Program-made: the position numbers and the translations under genes
Notes under the pieces: generated by a model
What the model saw: only the letters and a program-made list of their open reading frames with translations
The model's database searches: none
What the model was told of the DNA's origin: nothing
Shown here: positions 59,633 through 64,000 of the stretch, in pieces
Layout: each line of letters starts with the position of its first letter
How positions within the stretch are numbered: the first letter of the stretch is position 1
Source: Macrostomum hystrix
Lineage: Eukaryota; Animalia; Platyhelminthes
Length of the DNA: 64,000 nucleotides
Direction of reading: 5' to 3'
Assembly: GCA_950097015.1 (NCBI GenBank)
Contig: CATNEN010000012.1
Location: 1,674,001 to 1,738,000 of the forward strand

Positions 59633-60646
59633 ATGAACAAAACTGATCCCCTAATTGAGCTGCGCTTAGAAAGCATCCAACTGTACGACTGGAACCTGCC
59701 AGCCAGCTATTCTCAGTTCTTCACAGCTGCGGCCTGCGCCATCTGCAACGCCCTGGTGGTGCTGAACTGTTTCGCATCCAGCTCGCTGCGCCGCCGGTCC
59801 TACTACATCGCCATGGCCAACCTGGGCCTGGCTGACGCTTGGGTTGGCGCCGCCTACATGTACGTGACCGCCAGGCGGCTGTACGACTATTACGCCGGTC
59901 AGGGAGATTTGCGCACCCAGCGGCAGTGCCTCACAGACGTTGTGCCGATGACATTCGGCCTGGTTGGCTCGATTATCTTCACTCTGATCCTCTGCTGCGA
60001 CAGGTGCGCCGCCCTGCTATGGCCTCAGCGGTACATCGGCCACTCCAGGCGCTGCATGGCCCTTGTGGTGCTGACTGGCTGGCTGTACACTGTGGCCGAC
60101 TCACTGGCGCTCAGCCTGTCTATCGACGATCCCGATGATCTGACGCCAATGTGCACAAATTCCGGTGTCTATGGTGACACCTACAACATGTGGCTGCTGG
60201 GGTCCACGGTCGCCTACAGCTGCCTGGCCCTCGTTCTCAGCCTGGCCTGTCTGTACAGGGTGCTGCGCCTCATGAAGCTCAGCTCACAGTCAGGCGCCGC
60301 CAGCTCGCGCGAGCTTCACGAGAGCGCCATCACCATCGCCATCATCGCCGGCTTGCTGGTGCTGACCCAGGTGGCCTCTCGCATCGGCTATTTCTACATC
60401 GCCCAGCTGCCCAAGGATGTCCGCTCCCGCTATGGCAACTTCATGCGGCTGCCACAGATGTTTAACTCTATGGTAAATCTCTTCATCTACCTGGCCCGCT
60501 CCAGCCTGTTCCGCAGGGAGTTCTTCGCCATGTTTGGCCTGGCCCCTCGCGACCGACAGTCCGCGGGCGATGTTGGTGGCGTTATGGCAGTTGCCGTAAT
60601 CGGCGGCTGCCAACGCGTGGCTCCATCCAGCACCCGAAGGACGTGA
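59633..60646 (+). CDS. Intronless divergent class A (rhodopsin-like) GPCR, 337 aa
   Basis: N-terminal NKT sequon, seven hydrophobic segments, TM1 CNALVV, TM2 ANLGLAD, TM3 CDRC (DRY variant), TM4 W, ECL2 Cys, TM7 NSMVNLFIY, helix 8 FRREF. Confidence 0.88.
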   Translation: MNKTDPLIELRLESIQLYDWNLPASYSQFFTAAACAICNALVVLNCFASSSLRRRSYYIAMANLGLADAWVGAAYMYVTARRLYDYYAGQGDLRTQRQCLTDVVPMTFGLVGSIIFTLILCCDRCAALLWPQRYIGHSRRCMALVVLTGWLYTVADSLALSLSIDDPDDLTPMCTNSGVYGDTYNMWLLGSTVAYSCLALVLSLACLYRVLRLMKLSSQSGAASSRELHESAITIAIIAGLLVLTQVASRIGYFYIAQLPKDVRSRYGNFMRLPQMFNSMVNLFIYLARSSLFRREFFAMFGLAPRDRQSAGDVGGVMAVAVIGGCQRVAPSSTRRT

Positions 60647-60687
60647 TCAACCGCTGACCGAGGAGCGGATGACAGGTTAATTAACGA

Positions 60688-60755
60688 AGTTGTACAGCCA
60701 GTGTCACAGTGGTAGCTATACTGTGTGGTACGGCTGTTCAGTCCGTGGACTGAAG
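60688..60755 (-). mobile_element. SINE family 2 fragment just 3' of the GPCR
   Basis: GTACAGCC...GTACGGCTGTTCAGTCCGTGGACTG matches the other copies. Confidence 0.5.
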
Positions 60756-61434
60756 GGACAAAGACCGGATGCCGTTGTTGTAAATTCGCAGTTTATTCAT
60801 TTTTGTAACTATTCATTATGATTCCATTGTCCATTGTAATTGAAAATTTATTTTGTAAGAAATTCTCACCTTAGTATTAATTTTTTTCAAAACCTTAATG
60901 TTCGCAAAAACAAATTTTTTTTTTTGTATAAAAGCAAACTATTAACTCATTTTTTCCTTTTTTACTGAACATTTAGCTTAATATGCTCACAGACGATATT
61001 GTTAATCGTTTATGTTTTATGATCTGTAGTTAAACTCAGCCGCACCGATGTGAGCATATAAAAAACAATTTACACCATACACCTGCTTGTCTTTGAATGT
61101 AACTTTGACTAAGTAAGTAAGTAAGTAAAGCTATTTTAGCATCATGTAACTTTTATGGCTTAGCCAGCTATTACAATAGTAATTAGATGTCATGCATTGC
61201 GTGCTGCAGGCTGCAGATGATTTTAATTACGAGCGTAAGTGTAGCCTCTAGCACTAAATCTCTTATTTTTCTGTTCAGACTTAATTGAAATGTATATATT
61301 TATAGTTTTTAAAGTGCTGAGACTAATCTAGGCTTGAAAATTATCCTCACACCCTGGTCTTGGAGCACTGAGGATTACAGGGGATTACATCCGGATTCCA
61401 ACTGATCACAGAAAACACTTTACGTGATCCACAG

Positions 61435-64000
61435 CACATGCTACCTGATCATAGATCACATGCTACCTGATCATGGAACACATGCTACTTGATCATGGAA
61501 CACATGCTACCTGATCATAGATCACATGCTACTTGATCATGGAACACATGCTACCTGATCATAGATCACATGCTACCTATTCATGGAACACATGCTACCT
61601 GATCATGGAACAAATGCTACCTGATCATAGATCACATTCTACCTGATTATGGAACACATGCTACCTGATCATGGAACACATGCTACCTGATCATGGAACA
61701 CATGCTACTTGATCATGGAACACATGCTACCTGATCATAGATCACATGCTACCTATTCATGGAACACATGCTACCTGATCAAGGAACACATGCTACCTGA
61801 TAATAGATCACATTCTACCTGATCATGGAACACATGCTACTTGATCATGGAACACATGCTACTTGATCATAGATCACATGCTACCTATTCATGGAACACA
61901 TGCTACCTGATCAAGGAACAAATGCTACCTGATCATAGATCACATTCTACCTGATCATGGAACACATGCTACTTGATCATAAAACACATGCTACTTGATC
62001 ATGGAACACATGCTACCTGATCATGGAACACATGCTACTTGATCATAGATCACATGCTACCTATTCATGGAACACATGCTACCTGATCAAGGAACACATG
62101 CTACCTGATAATAGATCACATTCTACCTGATCATGGAACACATGCTACTTGATCATGGAACACATGCTACTTGATCATAGATCACATGCTACCTATTCAT
62201 GGAACACATGCTACCTGATCAAGGAACAAATGCTACCTGATCATAGATCACATTCTACCTGATCATGGAACACATGCTACTTGATCATAAAACACATGCT
62301 ACTTGATCATGGAACACATGCTACCTGATCATGGAACACATGCTACTTGATCATAGATCACATGCTACCTATTCATGGAACACATGCTACCTGATCAAGG
62401 AACACATGCTACCTGATAATAGATCACATTCTACCTGATCATGGAACACATGCTACTTGATCATGGAACACATGCTACCTGATCATAGATCACATTCTAC
62501 CTGATCATGGAACACATGCTACTTGATCATGGAACACATGCTACTTGATCATGGAACACATGCTACCTGATCATGGAACACATGCTACTTGATCATGGAA
62601 CACATGCTACCTGATCATAGATCACATGCTACCTATTCATGGAACACATGCTACTTGATCAAGGAACACATGCTACCTGATAATAGATCACATTCTACCT
62701 GATCATGGAACACATGCTACTTGATCATGGAACACATGCTACTTGATCATGGAACACATGCTACCTGATCATGGAACACATGCTACTTGATCATGGAACA
62801 CATGCTACCTGATCATAGATCACATGCTACCTATTCATGGATCTTCCATGAGGGTAAGGCGCTCCTTCAGGAGAGCCTTCACCTTGGTGAGAACACGTCG
62901 GTCTTCCAAGCCGAAATCTACGCCATTAACCAATGCGCCAAACACCTCCTCAATGCCAACGTCAGCAGATTCAACATCTGCATCTATTCTGACAGTCAAG
63001 CCGCCCTCAAGGCTCTGTCTGCCGTCAAACTCTCCACTCGGACGGTCTCTGACTGCCACCGAGACCTGCAGTCACTCGCGGTCCTTAACAGGATCAGCCT
63101 AATCTGGATCCCAGGCCACAGCAACATCCTTGGCAACGAACTCGCGGACAAACTCGCCAAGGATGGCAGCAACCCGGACAACAACCACCGCCCGATCAGG
63201 GTACCGGTACCTAAATCCCTCATCAACCGCACTGTTGACAGGTGGCTAAATCAGCAACACCAGCTCCACTGGAGTAGCTGCACCGACTATAGGCAGACCC
63301 GTATGGCCATGCCGATCATTAACCGAAAAGTCTCTGACTTTTTGATTTCACTTAATAGAACTGACCTCAGGGAGATGTGCATGGTCATCACGGGCCATGG
63401 CTTCTTCCAGAGACACATTTCGCTACAAACTGGCTGCTCCCCCACCTGTCCCTTCTGTGGCATAGGTAAAGAAACCGCTGCGCATCACGTGACATTCTGC
63501 CCCTACTTCGATAAGGCGCGCAACTGGCACCTCGGCCACCCGCAAGGGATGGACGAACTGACCACTCCGGACAACATCCGAGACCTTCGCGCCTTCGTCC
63601 GTGACACCGGCCGGATGAAGGTCGCCGACGCCTCCCCGGCGAACCTGCCGACTGCTGGCGTGGGGTGGGCGCACCCCCAAGGCTGAGGCCACCTTCCTTT
63701 TACCTTGGGGTTGCGATAGGGGCCTCGCGGCCTATTCGCGGCGTCTCGCCCCCCGCCAGTAGTAAGTAAGTAAGTACCTATTCATGGAACACATGCTACC
63801 TGATCAAGGAACACATGCTACCTGATAATAGATCACATTCTACCTGATCATGGATCACATTCTACCTGATCATGGAACACATGCTACTTGATCATGGAAC
63901 ACATGCTACTTGATCATAGATCACATGCTACCTATTCATGGAACACATGCTACCTGATCAAGGAACAAATGCTACCTGATCATAGATCACATTCTACCTG
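61435..64000. repeat. 22-bp minisatellite (GATCATGGAACACATGCTACCT), interrupted by a LINE fragment and running off the window
   Basis: Segments ~61435-62841 and 63775-64000; variant AAAACAC recurs at 61981/62289 (308 bp = 14 units). Confidence 0.97.
62842..63774 (+). mobile_element. 5'-truncated non-LTR retrotransposon (RNase H + C-terminal zinc knuckle; R1/LOA/I-group-like)
   Basis: Open frame to 63686 with [39 protein letters not shown] and [15 protein letters not shown]. (TAAG)n tail. TACCTATTCATGGA duplicated at 62828-62841 and 63775-63788. Confidence 0.92.

Noticed and set aside
62787-62841. Apparent start of the RNase H ORF (MIMEHMLPD...)
   Set aside because: It comes from the 22-bp array upstream of the insertion junction; the element is 5'-truncated.
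549-64000. CRISPR-like appearance of the 20-41-bp arrays
   Set aside because: Units are head-to-tail with no unique spacers, there are no cas genes, and the context is spliced eukaryotic genes.

Overview
This is eukaryotic animal genomic DNA: GC-rich spliced exons with poly-Q/poly-A tracts, and introns packed with minisatellites. The style suggests a flatworm such as Macrostomum (inference only). Gene models built by hand from GT/AG sites and reading-frame phase: 3' part of CTP synthase (+), a GT31 beta-1,3-glycosyltransferase (-), boule (+), an alpha-arrestin (+), the PRD-class homeobox gene homeobrain (-), a small secreted propeptide (-), nicotinamide riboside kinase (-), beta-hexosaminidase (-), PCBD (-, start unresolved) and an intronless divergent class A GPCR (+). 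Much of the window is tandem repeat, including an 8.5-kb pyrimidine satellite with 1,740-bp higher-order copies. Mobile DNA includes a full tRNA-headed SINE with a TSD, a second SINE family (one copy has grown an internal minisatellite), a probable solo LTR, a foldback element and a 5'-truncated RNase H-bearing LINE. The most notable unannotated signal is an inverted pair of minimal type I hammerhead ribozyme motifs (Penelope-like/retrozyme type) just downstream of boule. Repeat boundaries are approximate and were read by eye.
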